DNA from: an uncultured virus (IMG/VR IMGVR_UViG_3300042298_001940)
Taxonomy: Duplodnaviria; Heunggongvirae; Uroviricota; Caudoviricetes
Direction: 5' to 3' (one strand)
IMG/VR virus record: IMGVR_UViG_3300042298_001940
Length of the DNA stretch: 64,000 bases
Shown: positions 11,301 to 21,419 of the stretch, piece by piece
Position numbering within the stretch: the first letter of the stretch is position 1
How the letters are laid out: every line of letters begins with the position of its first letter
Program-made: the position numbers and the translations under genes
The notes under the pieces: model-generated
Database searches by the model: none
The model's input: the letters and a program-made list of their open reading frames with translations, nothing else
What the model was told of the DNA's origin: nothing

Positions 11301-11430
11301 GAATGAGTGTGCCGTAAAGTTTACAAGAATCGGCATTCCTTCTGACTTATGGCTTCGTGTATCTATCCTCAATACAGACGCTACAGTTAGTTTAATTAAC
11401 CCAGGAAACCTTGATTTCATAGGAGAGTAA
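8389..11430 (+). CDS. tail fibre/receptor-binding protein (T7 gp17-like N-terminus plus CBM5/12-like module)
   Basis: IRRTT......YTDGAKL.A.QLN....QLLFIAQE anchor domain, then a YSSGTTYNVNDVVIHNGSIY...P.TSPTIW carbohydrate-binding-like repeat. Confidence 0.85.
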   Translation: MPSYSYTSGTPIGITALNPTTGQFIEVVFTASGTNYSYSCIAWLPEIPIQDQVLVYTRPSSLGPETAMINGTDFIFGSNESIVFNTAPSGQVVIRRTTDLSKMVLNYTDGAKLSARQLNATMHQLLFIAQEKANFETNISNYYPVSIVASNYSSGTTYNVNDVVIHNGSIYVSLSGPQSNNTPSTSPTIWKLQNPMSNGFYITGYDQPVNFHLASIQENQTLVWSAANKRFQSGFAINSSAHLSDYALTGPTNHHILSYFNNKWRNYPVQWTPTLVGTDLIFSKHVFTNMMTSYADNTVQLPNYLSSFNWTGSEQVMTNASSVYHILKKTIPNEQDPQAYFTNVNTQLNAAVQNLKNPVKAKLEWDLAYGNGTQRTEVGAFAALYSPVTCFWDHPKELYNENGHGDVWYHGIQEGSSRYKVSPWWSFRTQDPNHSTVLDFKSKIHGYGISNFYLSGPECITSCFHIPVVTSSAFTLASALSSIGDIGDHNNGSSNRDMYLMALRDMAFAAARPGTPTTPSSASNIQTQDHNTRLCKGRLIRVNYDNFIDHFFKRLEQPTENIASYCFKIPGNIIYYNTAALALANKDLAQTYIDNTDSLRNTVRFQGFSAFYGAATMTDSTVWAQRNTSIKPMGYYYKADAYWSSWVQNWSTAAGNHNARFNEADIDWAVWDLTSTTIKHFDTTASILPSSSTTGFTASSGPNNNRVASSIFFPWGFRPNEVRSIASSTNQTGTHLLNVDANTLFSSSSNFVPDPVDTYVFRLVVNPTITASYFKETTPNTKPLINSAVLLEYGFRDSADANVTIPINSDIAKLYPGMNDSVGMANKANSKTRIRLDKSNVLCRIISEQLEEDLANSNIVRYVIKVAITVPRLKSIGYSKVFRKFATLATHTNYPSYNSGTTNDNEIDSGPWSFSLDFDTPSYTFNGGTINTPVSNLTWPIDNANTAIAGLGLIGYSDNSYSQSPSLPAGRNECAVKFTRIGIPSDLWLRVSILNTDATVSLINPGNLDFIGE

Positions 11431-11432
11431 AC

Positions 11433-11702
11433 ATGACTAGAAAAAGGACTGGTAATCCACAGCCGTATATGATTCAATGGTTTCAATTGATTGTGTTGGC
11501 TATTGGTGTCGGTGGGTTTTTTGTAGACCTAGGTAAAAGAACCCAAGTATTAGATAAGACAACTCAAGACCTTGCTGAACTTAGATTAATTGTTCAAGAC
11601 CTAGTTAAGGCACAGATACAGGTATCATCTAATGACGCAGCTCACAGAACAATGCTTGATGATCTAAAAGCAAGAGTTGTTGAGCTGGAGAAAAGACGAT
11701 GA
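11433..11702 (+). CDS. membrane protein with one TM helix and a coiled coil (holin/lysis-associated candidate)
   Basis: hydrophobic WFQLIVLAIGVGGFFV followed by a heptad-like tail; between tail fibre and terminase. Confidence 0.55.
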   Translation: MTRKRTGNPQPYMIQWFQLIVLAIGVGGFFVDLGKRTQVLDKTTQDLAELRLIVQDLVKAQIQVSSNDAAHRTMLDDLKARVVELEKRR

Positions 11703-12238
11703 GTAGATTTCTCTTTATTGTAGTAATTTTTCTAGCAGCTTGCACGTCTCCTGTAAAAGAAATTGCCAAGAATGCAACCAAGGTATCAGACCTTGCAAAC
11801 TCTTCCTACCAAAGGTTTGAGGATATTGATTTGGCCACTAGGAACGAGTTTATAGATGTCAAATCAATCCAAGAACATACCAAGGAAGGAATGGAAGAAC
11901 AAAAAACCATTATAGAGATCACTAAGAGTACCTTGGTAAACCTCACAAAAGTAGAGGATAAAGTTCCGTGGTGGTCTACTATGATTGTTTATGTAATGGT
12001 TGCCTTTAGTATCCTAGGTATTGTGTTTGGATTGTGGTACTTGGGTGTTGGTCACCTAACAAGGTCATTGTTTATTAGACTGGGATGGATCTCTAGTAAG
12101 AAAATGGATCAAGCTTCCTTGTTGTTGGATGCAATGGACAAATCAAAGAAAACTACAATAGAAGAAGCCGTGGCTGTTCTAAGGGCAGAGGATCCAGAAT
12201 TGAATCGTGCTTTCAAAAAAATCAAAATCAACCAATAA
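11699..12238 (+). CDS. lipoprotein with distal TM helix (unimolecular spanin-like)
   Basis: signal peptide with lipobox LAAC, helical middle region, TM WWSTMIVYVMVAFSILGIVFGLWYLGV. Confidence 0.6.
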   Translation: MSRFLFIVVIFLAACTSPVKEIAKNATKVSDLANSSYQRFEDIDLATRNEFIDVKSIQEHTKEGMEEQKTIIEITKSTLVNLTKVEDKVPWWSTMIVYVMVAFSILGIVFGLWYLGVGHLTRSLFIRLGWISSKKMDQASLLLDAMDKSKKTTIEEAVAVLRAEDPELNRAFKKIKINQ

Positions 12239-12274
12239 GCATTGGTTGAAACTTTTATTCCTAAAGGAGGAATT

Positions 12275-12406
12275 ATGTATATGCTAGCGTCATTTGAGTC
12301 GTTTCTTGGTTCGGTGTGGTTTGCTGGTCTCTTGGGTCTAGCTGGTTACATTGTTGGCAATGTATTGCCACTTGCCAAGCTTGCCAAGCTTTTTGGAAAG
12401 GAGTAA
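12275..12406 (+). CDS. small membrane protein (43 aa; holin-like candidate)
   Basis: strong AAGGAGG RBS; MYMLASFESFLGSVWFAGLLGLAGYIVGNVLPLAKLAKLFGKE*; below the ORF-track cutoff. Confidence 0.65.
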   Translation: MYMLASFESFLGSVWFAGLLGLAGYIVGNVLPLAKLAKLFGKE

Positions 12407-12409
12407 GTC

Positions 12410-12631
12410 TTGAAGGAAAAGCTAAAGCAACTTCAGGAACTTCTGATTGATCGTCTTATTGACGATCTTCAGAATCCCGAAAAGCAGACCCCAGGTCTGT
12501 ATACTGTCGTTCGGGGTATCCTGACCGACCACAAGGAAAAGGTTGGAGCCATCCCTAGCGAGGCCATTGAGGCTGTGGAAGCAGCCATGGCCGAAAAGGT
12601 TCCATTCAAGCTTAAGAAAGCAGTGTACTAA
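12410..12631 (+). CDS. terminase small subunit (T7 gp18-like)
   Basis: 73-aa helical protein ending VPF, directly before the large terminase. Confidence 0.7.
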   Translation: MKEKLKQLQELLIDRLIDDLQNPEKQTPGLYTVVRGILTDHKEKVGAIPSEAIEAVEAAMAEKVPFKLKKAVY

Positions 12632-12640
12632 GGAGGGTAG

Positions 12641-14311
12641 ATGAAGGTTCCCCAGGAAGTCATAGATGACTTTAGAAATCATTTGTTCTTTTGTTTCAAG
12701 TATCTTGGTCTTGGAGAACCTACCCGAATTCAGTACGAGATCGCAAGAGAGTACCAAGAAGGTGCCAATGACTCTATCCTAGCGGCAGGAAGAGGCACTG
12801 GTAAGTCAACCATCACGGCATGTGCCAGTAGTTGGGAATGGCTTAGGGATCCAAACCTCACCTTCTTGGTGCTTTCTAACACGCAGTCCAAGGCCATTGA
12901 CTTCGTGTCTCAGTCCAGAAAGATCCTTAGTGTAGTTCCATATTGCCAACACCTACTGCCAAGAGACATCGACAAGGACAACGCCCTTGGATTTAATGTT
13001 GCAGTCAGATCAAAGTTTACCCAAGACCTTAGCTGTGCTGCCAGAGGCATCACAGGTCAAATTACGGGTCTTCACGCAGATCGAATAATCCTAGACGACA
13101 TTGAGATTTCTGGTAAGAATGAAACACCGTTGGGTAAGGAAGCATTGCTTAAAAAGCTAGCCGAACTGGAATCGATCAGAAACAAGGGGTCACGGGTTAT
13201 TTTCCTAGGTACTCCTCACTACCAGGATTCCATTTACAACTCCCTAAAGGAGTCGTATCCCATGATCAAGTACCCAGCCGAGATGCCCGACTCTTCAATC
13301 CCATATGAAGTAGAGGATGTGGCTCCGTGGATTCTAGACCTTGGCATAGAACCTGGAATGCCTACGCAGCCAGAACGATTCGATGCAGATGAATTGGCAA
13401 GCAGAAAAGCCAAGATTGGGCCAAGTCATTATGCGCTTCAGTACAAGCTAGTTACAAGCCTAGCCGACATGGACAAGTATCCCCTAAAGCTTAGGGATCT
13501 TATCGTGATGGATGTTCACCCATCCCTGGCACCTGATAGGTTGATCTGGCAAGGCCAGAACCTTATGCAGGGCATACCTATGTTTGGCATTTCAGGCGAT
13601 GCCGTCCCAGAACCAATGCACATCTCAACCAACTTTATGCCATACCAGCACAAGCACATGGCTATTGATACATCGGGTCGTGGTACCAACGAAACTGGCA
13701 TTTGCGTAGCTGGCGTCTTGTCTGGCACGATCTTTATTCCCGAGTTGCTTGGCGTTGCGGGTGGATATGATGAACCCACCCTAAAGAAGATCTGTGCTCT
13801 GATAAACGAATATGAGTTGCCTTTGGTTCGTATTGAGTCTAACTTTGGCGATGGTATGTTTTCTAAAATCCTGGCCCCAGTGATTGCAGCCAACTGTCCC
13901 CATCAAGTGGGTATTGAGGAATTCAAGGTAACAGGACAGAAAGAAAGACGGATCTTAGACATCCTGGAACCAGTGATGTCTTCCCACAGACTTGTATTCG
14001 ACCGCAAGGCGATCATGAACCATGAGAACCAGATTCAGCTTACCCGCCTACACAGGGGTAAGGGAGCCTTGAAGAACGATGACCGTGTAGATGCTTTGTC
14101 TCATGCCGTTGCGTTCTACAAGGATCACATGTCAACGGACAAGCAAAAGGTATCCGAAGACCTTAAGAAAAAGGAATGGCTAAAGACCATAAAGAACTGG
14201 GCTGAGAACTTTAGAGCTGCTGACTATGTTCCAAATAGCGGAGCCACAAGGGTTATTAGTACCACTAATAAGAAAAAACTAAATAGATCATCCAGACAAT
14301 GGGGCTGGTAA
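12641..14311 (+). CDS. terL: terminase large subunit (T7 gp19-like)
   Basis: Walker A AGRGTGKS, GITGQITG, Walker B IILDDIE, LGTP, nuclease IDTSGRG and DDRVDAL. Confidence 0.96.
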   Translation: MKVPQEVIDDFRNHLFFCFKYLGLGEPTRIQYEIAREYQEGANDSILAAGRGTGKSTITACASSWEWLRDPNLTFLVLSNTQSKAIDFVSQSRKILSVVPYCQHLLPRDIDKDNALGFNVAVRSKFTQDLSCAARGITGQITGLHADRIILDDIEISGKNETPLGKEALLKKLAELESIRNKGSRVIFLGTPHYQDSIYNSLKESYPMIKYPAEMPDSSIPYEVEDVAPWILDLGIEPGMPTQPERFDADELASRKAKIGPSHYALQYKLVTSLADMDKYPLKLRDLIVMDVHPSLAPDRLIWQGQNLMQGIPMFGISGDAVPEPMHISTNFMPYQHKHMAIDTSGRGTNETGICVAGVLSGTIFIPELLGVAGGYDEPTLKKICALINEYELPLVRIESNFGDGMFSKILAPVIAANCPHQVGIEEFKVTGQKERRILDILEPVMSSHRLVFDRKAIMNHENQIQLTRLHRGKGALKNDDRVDALSHAVAFYKDHMSTDKQKVSEDLKKKEWLKTIKNWAENFRAADYVPNSGATRVISTTNKKKLNRSSRQWGW

Positions 14312-14321
14312 GGAGAGTACA

Positions 14322-15059
14322 ATGGAACCAATGACAATGATTGCGTTGGGTTCGGCTGTAGCTGGTGGACTTAGTTCCATCTTTGGAGGCCGTGCTCAGA
14401 GTGCCGCCATAACTGCCCAGAACCAACAGGCATTTAGAAACTGGATCGCCCAAAACAATCAAAAAGCCATTAACAATGCCAGGTCTCAGTTTGAGTCTGC
14501 CCAGGCTTTTTCCCAACAGATGAAAAGAAATGCTGCCATTACCAAGGCTGCATGGGAGTATGAGTGGGATGCCAAGCAAGCGGTAAAGGATTCCGTGACC
14601 TTCCAGCAAAACGAGCTCAGCAAGCAGCTACAGACCCAGCGTGGGGCCTTGGTCAATGAAATCCTGTCCAGGGGTGTATCCAAGAACAGCGGCCTATACA
14701 AGGCTCTTAGTCTGTCCCAGAGCATCAATGCCCTAAGTGCTGCCAAGTCATTTGAGAAAAACGCCAGAGTCCAGCTAAACAACATTACAAAACAAAAGCA
14801 ATCAATGCTTCAGCAAACAACCGAGAATGTGTTTATGCCAAACATTGCCATGTTTGATGACCAGCCTATCTACGGTGATGCAGGAGCCGCTAAAAAAGCT
14901 GGGATGATAACTGGTTTGGTTCAGATTGGTGGTGCTTTTGCGGGTGCTGCTATAGGATCCATGGGTCCTTCCAGTAGCCCAGGCCCACAATATTCAACAG
15001 GCCCAGGTACTCAATCTACTAATCCAGGTGATTTTAATAATCTATCCTTTACCACCTAA
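14322..15059 (+). CDS. internal virion (ejection) protein, gp14-like
   Basis: Gly/Ala hydrophobic N-terminus, Gln-rich coiled coil, hydrophobic C-terminal segment. Confidence 0.7.
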   Translation: MEPMTMIALGSAVAGGLSSIFGGRAQSAAITAQNQQAFRNWIAQNNQKAINNARSQFESAQAFSQQMKRNAAITKAAWEYEWDAKQAVKDSVTFQQNELSKQLQTQRGALVNEILSRGVSKNSGLYKALSLSQSINALSAAKSFEKNARVQLNNITKQKQSMLQQTTENVFMPNIAMFDDQPIYGDAGAAKKAGMITGLVQIGGAFAGAAIGSMGPSSSPGPQYSTGPGTQSTNPGDFNNLSFTT

Positions 15060-15068
15060 GGAGCAATA

Positions 15069-18000
15069 ATGTCAAGAGTTAATTCACAAGGTTTACTAGG
15101 TTTTAACCAAGCAGCCCCATCTGTTGAAATCGCAGCCCCAGCTCCTCAGTTTATTGAAAGTCGTTCCGTAGGTGGTCAGTTACAGGTAGCACAACCAAGA
15201 CAACAGGTAGGTCCATCATCCGAAGAAGCAGCCTACGCGGCTCTTGCCCAGATTGCTGGTGGAGTAGCTAAAGGTCTTGATAACTTTGCCGACATCGGTT
15301 CTAGGATTGAAAAGGAAAAGATTCAAAGAGCACAGTTGATCTTTGACGAGATTGATGCTGATGAAACCATGGATCCAGATACCAAGTTTTCAAAGCTTGA
15401 AGAAAGAACAAAGGATATTTATACACCTCTGTTGGGAGATAACTGGAAAAAGGAAATAAACAACAGGGTCAAGAAACAATGGATGTCTCAACAAGCAAGA
15501 GATTCTTACGAGGAAAGACGTTATAAGACAGAACTTGGTGAGTTCCTTGAATCAAGAAACCTTGATATTAACAGCCAACTGACACCAGAATTACTTGATG
15601 AGTTTCAGAATATCTACGAAAACAGATATCCACTCAGCAATACGGTTTCGTGGTTCCAGCTAAACAAAGCAGAGACAAAGGCAAAGGTTGCCGTAAATAC
15701 CGCGAAGAGAATGAACTCATCGGTTATGGCCAACGTTATGTCTATGATGAGTACCCCACCAGAAAACATCGTTGCGGAATACAACAACACACTAGATGCA
15801 AACAGAAAGAAAGAAATTGAAAATGAGTATCCATTCTTCTTTGAATCGGTTGCTTCAATCCCAGTTAACGCTACTCCACAAGATGTTTTTAGTTTGCTTC
15901 GCTCAAGAGTCCAAAATAATCTAGAACCATCATTGATGGAACTTCCTGATGATGTAAAAGCAATCGTACTCGAAAATGTAGAGGACGCAGTCCTACAACA
16001 AATGCCACGTTATGTTGGTGTACTCAAGGAAAACAAGTTAAATGCAGTAAAAGCAGAAGCAGGAGTGGCTATAGACAACGCCTTTACAGTGTTTAACGGC
16101 AGCGCAAAAGGAGATGTTCATCAGTTTCTTGATGCTATTTCTCAAAATCTAGGACCACTATGGCAAGATAGGGATAAAATCACCAGTGGTTTGGTTCCTT
16201 TGGTTTTTGATAAACTATCAAAAGAAAACCCAGAATCATCTCCGTATGAGATATGGAACATGGTTGAGCAGCAGTTTTCTTCTTTTGAAAACCTCGATAA
16301 GCTAATGAACAGAGGCATGCAAACCAAAGATTGGTTATCCAGTCAGAAACAAGGTTTAATGCAAAGCAATACATGGCAAAATAGGATTAAAGTCATGGTT
16401 GAAGACGCAAAAGATGACCTTGGGTTACTGGCAAATAACGACGCTCGGTTTTTGTTTACAGATGAAGCCATATCGGGAAAGATAAAGTCCATCTTTACTA
16501 GTTTAGCCGATGCTCTCGGGATTCCAAAAGACAACCAAACTGAGTTTGTAAATTACATGGAATCTTCTATAATAGCACAAGATAGCCAAGGCAACGCTGT
16601 ATTTGCCATTGACGATTCAAGCATGGGGGATTGGTTTAGGCAAATGCCTCCTGAGTTTAAAACAATACTAAATGAAAACGGGTTTACCTTGGATTCTAAC
16701 AGAAACCTAAGGAATGAAATGTATGCGATGATGACATCTGCTGCTAATATCATGATAGAAACCCAAAAAAACACAGGAAAAACCACAGTTTCTGAAACCA
16801 CGACAACACCAAAGGTAATGAAACCATCTGAAGCTAGTGTTGAGTTTTTTACTTTGAATCCTGGGGAACAGGATGTACTGAAAAGGTACGACAGTGTAGA
16901 AGGAAACCTTAAACTAGAAGAGCGATACAGAATGCTTCAGATAAAGGGTCAATGGAATGTACATGGAGCGGGATTCACAACATGGCTTTCTCAACAAGCT
17001 GGTAGTAAACAACTGGTAGACTTACCAGTAGACAACCCGTGGATACAGGGTCTTGATGCCTTTATGGACCAAGGAAGCAACCCAAAACCAGACCTAGCAG
17101 AAAAGTTTCTTGATCACGCTCCTAGAAGTGTCAAGTCATACATCCAAGACAGTTCGTTGTTGGACCCAACTACAGGGGAGTTAACAGCAAACGGAGCTGC
17201 TGGACTTCTTGTCCTGGAATACAAAACAGCGACTATGTCAAGAGATGGATGGAACACTCCGCAAGTAAGTGCATTTATGGGTGAGTTTAGAGATTTGCTT
17301 TCAGCTACAAAGCAAAGATTAAACAAAGGTGAAACACCAACAAGAGAGTTATACATTATCAACGCTGTTTTACAGGGATTAAGAAAAGCTGGAAGGGATA
17401 AAACAGAAGTTATTACCGCTTTAGGTAGCGGTGGGGATCAGTTAAGTTCTATTGGTGTTTTGCTAGCTGTAGCCGATACTCCTTTTATTCAGTTTAATTC
17501 TGATGACCCAAACCTAAAGAAAGCAACAGAAAGATTTACTGAAGTAATGAAACCAGCCATAGACTTTGTCGGGACTGGAAATCTTGGAAGCAGAGATATA
17601 CCACTCGTTGGTAACAGAGACACAAAAGAAGTTGCTTATGGTTCTATTGGTCGAAGTTTAATGAATTTGTCTTTACCAGGACCAACCGATTGGAGAAAAA
17701 AAGAAAACTGGCCTACAATTACTAGGAGTCATGGTTTTAAAGACGAAAAAGACATGTATGATTTTATTGGTTCAATAGTACCTGGGCTCCCATCGTGGGA
17801 TATGGCGTCTACATTGAATGTAAAAGTAAAAGATGAACAAGGATTAGAAACTAACATTGAGTGGGAAGACATGGGACCACACCAAAAAGTAATGTTTGCT
17901 TTGGAAGAACTTAGAAAAACAGATGGTTCTTTGGAACAAAAAGGCAACTTCTTTGCAATGTTGTTGAAGATGAATGATGACGGTAACACCACATTTAATG

Positions 18001-18797
18001 ACCCAATTTTACGAAGTAACCTAGCAAAAACACTTATTCTGCCCAGTAACTTCAATGTACCACAGCTAAAGCATGTTGGTTTTGCTGAGGTATCTAAAGA
18101 AAAAAAGGGATTATTTACTAAGACAAGAGATATGACAATCAGGCGTGTTCCAGAAGTGACCGTTTCAAACGGATTGTTTTCTTTGGATGATGTTCATCGA
18201 AGAGTCAGAAACACAAGTCTTGGTTTTAATGCAGCAGACCCTACTGAAAAAACCCTAGATCCTTTGGGTTGGGGACTTAATTCAGAACTAGAGGTTGCAG
18301 CCCATATGATGCTGGGGGATACAGACTTTACAACACAAGAAGCAACGGCTATAGTAAATGCAATGTACAAAGCCACTGGATCTGGTTTTGTTGCATCCAC
18401 AAGTTTGTTTCAAAATAGGACTAAGGATACAACCCTGTACCAAGTGTTAGAAAAAATACCTCAGTTTAGGTCTTTAGTAGAGCAAGCAAGAAAAAAATAT
18501 CCAGAAGGTAGATACCTTAGTATATCCACACAAAGAAACGGGAATAATGAAATACATCCTGTTTTGGTAATAGGCGATACCAGTATTCCTTTGGTTTCTG
18601 ACGATCCAGCGGTAAATACTAATTCATTTTTTAGACGACAAAACACAAACGAAAAAAACGACAAACAATCAATTGACGAAAGATTGAAGAAACTTCAGGC
18701 TAACATCTGGTATCAAACAGGCAAGATAATAAGACCTACGATAATCCAAGAAAAACAAAGAATGGAACCTAAGATAGGAATGGGTCTTAGATTCTAA
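15069..18797 (+). CDS. internal virion (ejection) protein, gp15-like
   Basis: 1242-aa helical protein following the gp14-like gene. Confidence 0.6.
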   Translation: MSRVNSQGLLGFNQAAPSVEIAAPAPQFIESRSVGGQLQVAQPRQQVGPSSEEAAYAALAQIAGGVAKGLDNFADIGSRIEKEKIQRAQLIFDEIDADETMDPDTKFSKLEERTKDIYTPLLGDNWKKEINNRVKKQWMSQQARDSYEERRYKTELGEFLESRNLDINSQLTPELLDEFQNIYENRYPLSNTVSWFQLNKAETKAKVAVNTAKRMNSSVMANVMSMMSTPPENIVAEYNNTLDANRKKEIENEYPFFFESVASIPVNATPQDVFSLLRSRVQNNLEPSLMELPDDVKAIVLENVEDAVLQQMPRYVGVLKENKLNAVKAEAGVAIDNAFTVFNGSAKGDVHQFLDAISQNLGPLWQDRDKITSGLVPLVFDKLSKENPESSPYEIWNMVEQQFSSFENLDKLMNRGMQTKDWLSSQKQGLMQSNTWQNRIKVMVEDAKDDLGLLANNDARFLFTDEAISGKIKSIFTSLADALGIPKDNQTEFVNYMESSIIAQDSQGNAVFAIDDSSMGDWFRQMPPEFKTILNENGFTLDSNRNLRNEMYAMMTSAANIMIETQKNTGKTTVSETTTTPKVMKPSEASVEFFTLNPGEQDVLKRYDSVEGNLKLEERYRMLQIKGQWNVHGAGFTTWLSQQAGSKQLVDLPVDNPWIQGLDAFMDQGSNPKPDLAEKFLDHAPRSVKSYIQDSSLLDPTTGELTANGAAGLLVLEYKTATMSRDGWNTPQVSAFMGEFRDLLSATKQRLNKGETPTRELYIINAVLQGLRKAGRDKTEVITALGSGGDQLSSIGVLLAVADTPFIQFNSDDPNLKKATERFTEVMKPAIDFVGTGNLGSRDIPLVGNRDTKEVAYGSIGRSLMNLSLPGPTDWRKKENWPTITRSHGFKDEKDMYDFIGSIVPGLPSWDMASTLNVKVKDEQGLETNIEWEDMGPHQKVMFALEELRKTDGSLEQKGNFFAMLLKMNDDGNTTFNDPILRSNLAKTLILPSNFNVPQLKHVGFAEVSKEKKGLFTKTRDMTIRRVPEVTVSNGLFSLDDVHRRVRNTSLGFNAADPTEKTLDPLGWGLNSELEVAAHMMLGDTDFTTQEATAIVNAMYKATGSGFVASTSLFQNRTKDTTLYQVLEKIPQFRSLVEQARKKYPEGRYLSISTQRNGNNEIHPVLVIGDTSIPLVSDDPAVNTNSFFRRQNTNEKNDKQSIDERLKKLQANIWYQTGKIIRPTIIQEKQRMEPKIGMGLRF

Positions 18798-18815
18798 CAA
18801 AGGAATCGACTTAAA

Positions 18816-21413
18816 ATGAGTACAATCAACAACGACCTATTATCCGCCGTAAGAAACATGCCGCAGGAACAAACAAAGGAAGATTTTAGGCGGTCAATAT
18901 ATGATAATGTTTTAGGTTTGACTTTGGATGAGAATAACCAACCATACTACAGTAAGCTTGTCGATGAAGACCAAATCTCTAGATTCAATGAGTTTATGGG
19001 GAATAGTTTAGGTAGTTTGTTGAATGACAGATCAATCACAGAAACACAAATACAACTCGACAAAATCAATACTGGTCGTTCTGCTTTTCTTGAAAGAATA
19101 TCCAATGAAGGTCCAGTCTTGGGTTTGGCAGGGTCAACAAACACAAACACACAATCTGTGTTTATCAACAAGGATGGTATAGCAACAAAGGATTGGATGT
19201 CTTTTTGGGAAATGTCTGGGCTGTCCAATGTATATGGAAACAATGTTGAGTTTATGGGATCATCTACAGCCGCGTTTTACTACAAAACATTGTATGGAAC
19301 AAGTAATGCTTTGTTGGAAAAATCCATGGCTTGGCCGAGTATTAAAGCAGAACTTGAAAAAAAAGGAACCCTAGAACAAGAACAATTTATTGCAGATTCA
19401 CTGATTTCACCAAGTACTTTTGGAAAGGCTTTTAAAACTTCCGTTGTTGGTCAAACTCTTTTTGGGCCAGTTTATAATGAGGCAACTACCCAACTCCCGC
19501 TTATCAGCAGTATAAAAGCAACTGTAATTAACCCAGAACTTACCTTGTTCCAAGCCAAGGATCCAGACTTTAATCCCAATTCACTTGTAGATTCAATAAA
19601 AGAAATGGATCCAGATTTCTGGTCATTCCTACAATCAGTGGGTGTAGAAGAAAACGAACTTAGAACAGCAAACAACATATTTGATTTTAGGTTTAGGTTA
19701 AATACAACTGTTCTAAACGATGCCTTAGCAAAATCAGCCGAGGCTGAAACAAGAAGAACAAACCCTATTGTTAAGGGTGTTAATTTTACCGCCGACATGG
19801 CTATTAGTAGTATTGACTCACCAGATTTTGCTGGTCAAGTTTTAATCGCTGTTTCCACAGCTGGTCTTGGAAATTTAGCAGCAGGGGCGGCAACACTAAG
19901 CACCAAAATAGGTTCTGCAACCGCAACCACAGCTGCAAGGACGGCAAGAATCGCAAGCATTGCTACAAAGATGCAAAGAGTTGGCAGTGGTATTAAAAAA
20001 GTAAAAGACTACCTTCCCGTAAACATCGCGTCTACTTTATTGGAAGGTTCAAACAAGGCATGGAAAACCAACAAGCTACTCAAGTATGTTGTTGGTCCAG
20101 CGGCTACTGAGTTTGTCGAAGAAGGCGCAATTGATGTTGTTAACCAGCTGTTGAACATTCATGTGAACAACACCCAGATTAGTTATGATTTTGAAAGAAC
20201 ATTTGATGCCTCGGTATCTGGTGCTTTGGCGGCTCCCCTTCTTGCAGGAACGTTCAAGATTGGTGTAGATTTACCAATAGCAATCGTAAGTTATACTGGC
20301 GGTTATGTTGGAAACTGGGCTACCAACCGAATCATCGGAAAAACAATCAATGTTAATCCAACAAGATTCAGAGAGTTTAGACTATATTACGATAATTTTA
20401 CTGGTAGGAAGTTTGAAGACAAGACACCAGCTGAACAACAAATGCAGATAGCTGGTGAAGTCAGAGCCCTTGTCGTTGAGGGTCTGCTGAACGAAATGAC
20501 AGACAACCAGTTTGGTAGACTAGATGACGAAAAAAACTTGGATGTTCTTGGTGGTTTGGAGGCTTTGACCAGAATCGACATGGCAACCGACGACACAAAC
20601 CAAAGAAGCATGTTGGATGTGGTCGTGGCTGTAAACGACTGGTTGTCAAATGTATCTGCTCTTGGAACCACCGACACCACGACTGGAAAGTTTACCAGAA
20701 AAATCCAACCATTCATGGACAAAAATCCAGGTTTTTTCAGAGAGACAAAAGATGGTAAACTGGTCATGTCCAAGGAAGCAATGGAGACAGTCTTGTTGGT
20801 CGTATCTGCTGCATCCAAAAGCAACTCAACCGAAGCTGTTTCCATAAGCACTTCTGTGTTGCAGAACATGCTTGTCAAGAAATTGTTTGATGCAGAAGTA
20901 GCCAAGGGAACCCCAAAGGAAGAGATTCCCCAAAAGGTTGAAGATGCCATACAGAACGAAACAGAGGATTTTGTAAAGGCCAAGGAAAGCATAGAAAACC
21001 TTGGCAAGGTGGCCACCGAACTAGTTGGCGAAGTCGGGTCTTCCGATGCAGCGCCACCAGAAAGCGGAGATAAGGAAATAATCAACAACACGCTGGAAGT
21101 AGGTACCATTGTCAGCGATACGGTGGAGAAGATCGTACAGCAAGTCACTAAGGTTTCTAAAACCACTCCTGTAGTTACCAAAACTGAACCATCTGCATGG
21201 GACGATCCAGAAACAGCTCAACTAATAGAAGCTCTTCGTGCCGAAAGGGCAGCGGAATCAGAAAAAGTTAAAACCGTACCCACGGCTCCTGAGGCTGCTC
21301 CCGAAGTAAAAGTTTCAGCCACAATAACCAATGCTATAGATACCGACAAAGCCATCAACATCGTAAAAGCCAAACCAGAACTAATTTCCCTAATCAGCAA
21401 GATTTGTAAGTGA
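18816..21413 (+). CDS. internal virion (ejection) protein
   Basis: 865 aa with Gly/Ala-rich hydrophobic segments (membrane-insertion type) and a TEFVEEG motif. Confidence 0.55.
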   Translation: MSTINNDLLSAVRNMPQEQTKEDFRRSIYDNVLGLTLDENNQPYYSKLVDEDQISRFNEFMGNSLGSLLNDRSITETQIQLDKINTGRSAFLERISNEGPVLGLAGSTNTNTQSVFINKDGIATKDWMSFWEMSGLSNVYGNNVEFMGSSTAAFYYKTLYGTSNALLEKSMAWPSIKAELEKKGTLEQEQFIADSLISPSTFGKAFKTSVVGQTLFGPVYNEATTQLPLISSIKATVINPELTLFQAKDPDFNPNSLVDSIKEMDPDFWSFLQSVGVEENELRTANNIFDFRFRLNTTVLNDALAKSAEAETRRTNPIVKGVNFTADMAISSIDSPDFAGQVLIAVSTAGLGNLAAGAATLSTKIGSATATTAARTARIASIATKMQRVGSGIKKVKDYLPVNIASTLLEGSNKAWKTNKLLKYVVGPAATEFVEEGAIDVVNQLLNIHVNNTQISYDFERTFDASVSGALAAPLLAGTFKIGVDLPIAIVSYTGGYVGNWATNRIIGKTINVNPTRFREFRLYYDNFTGRKFEDKTPAEQQMQIAGEVRALVVEGLLNEMTDNQFGRLDDEKNLDVLGGLEALTRIDMATDDTNQRSMLDVVVAVNDWLSNVSALGTTDTTTGKFTRKIQPFMDKNPGFFRETKDGKLVMSKEAMETVLLVVSAASKSNSTEAVSISTSVLQNMLVKKLFDAEVAKGTPKEEIPQKVEDAIQNETEDFVKAKESIENLGKVATELVGEVGSSDAAPPESGDKEIINNTLEVGTIVSDTVEKIVQQVTKVSKTTPVVTKTEPSAWDDPETAQLIEALRAERAAESEKVKTVPTAPEAAPEVKVSATITNAIDTDKAINIVKAKPELISLISKICK

Positions 21414-21419
21414 GGACCT

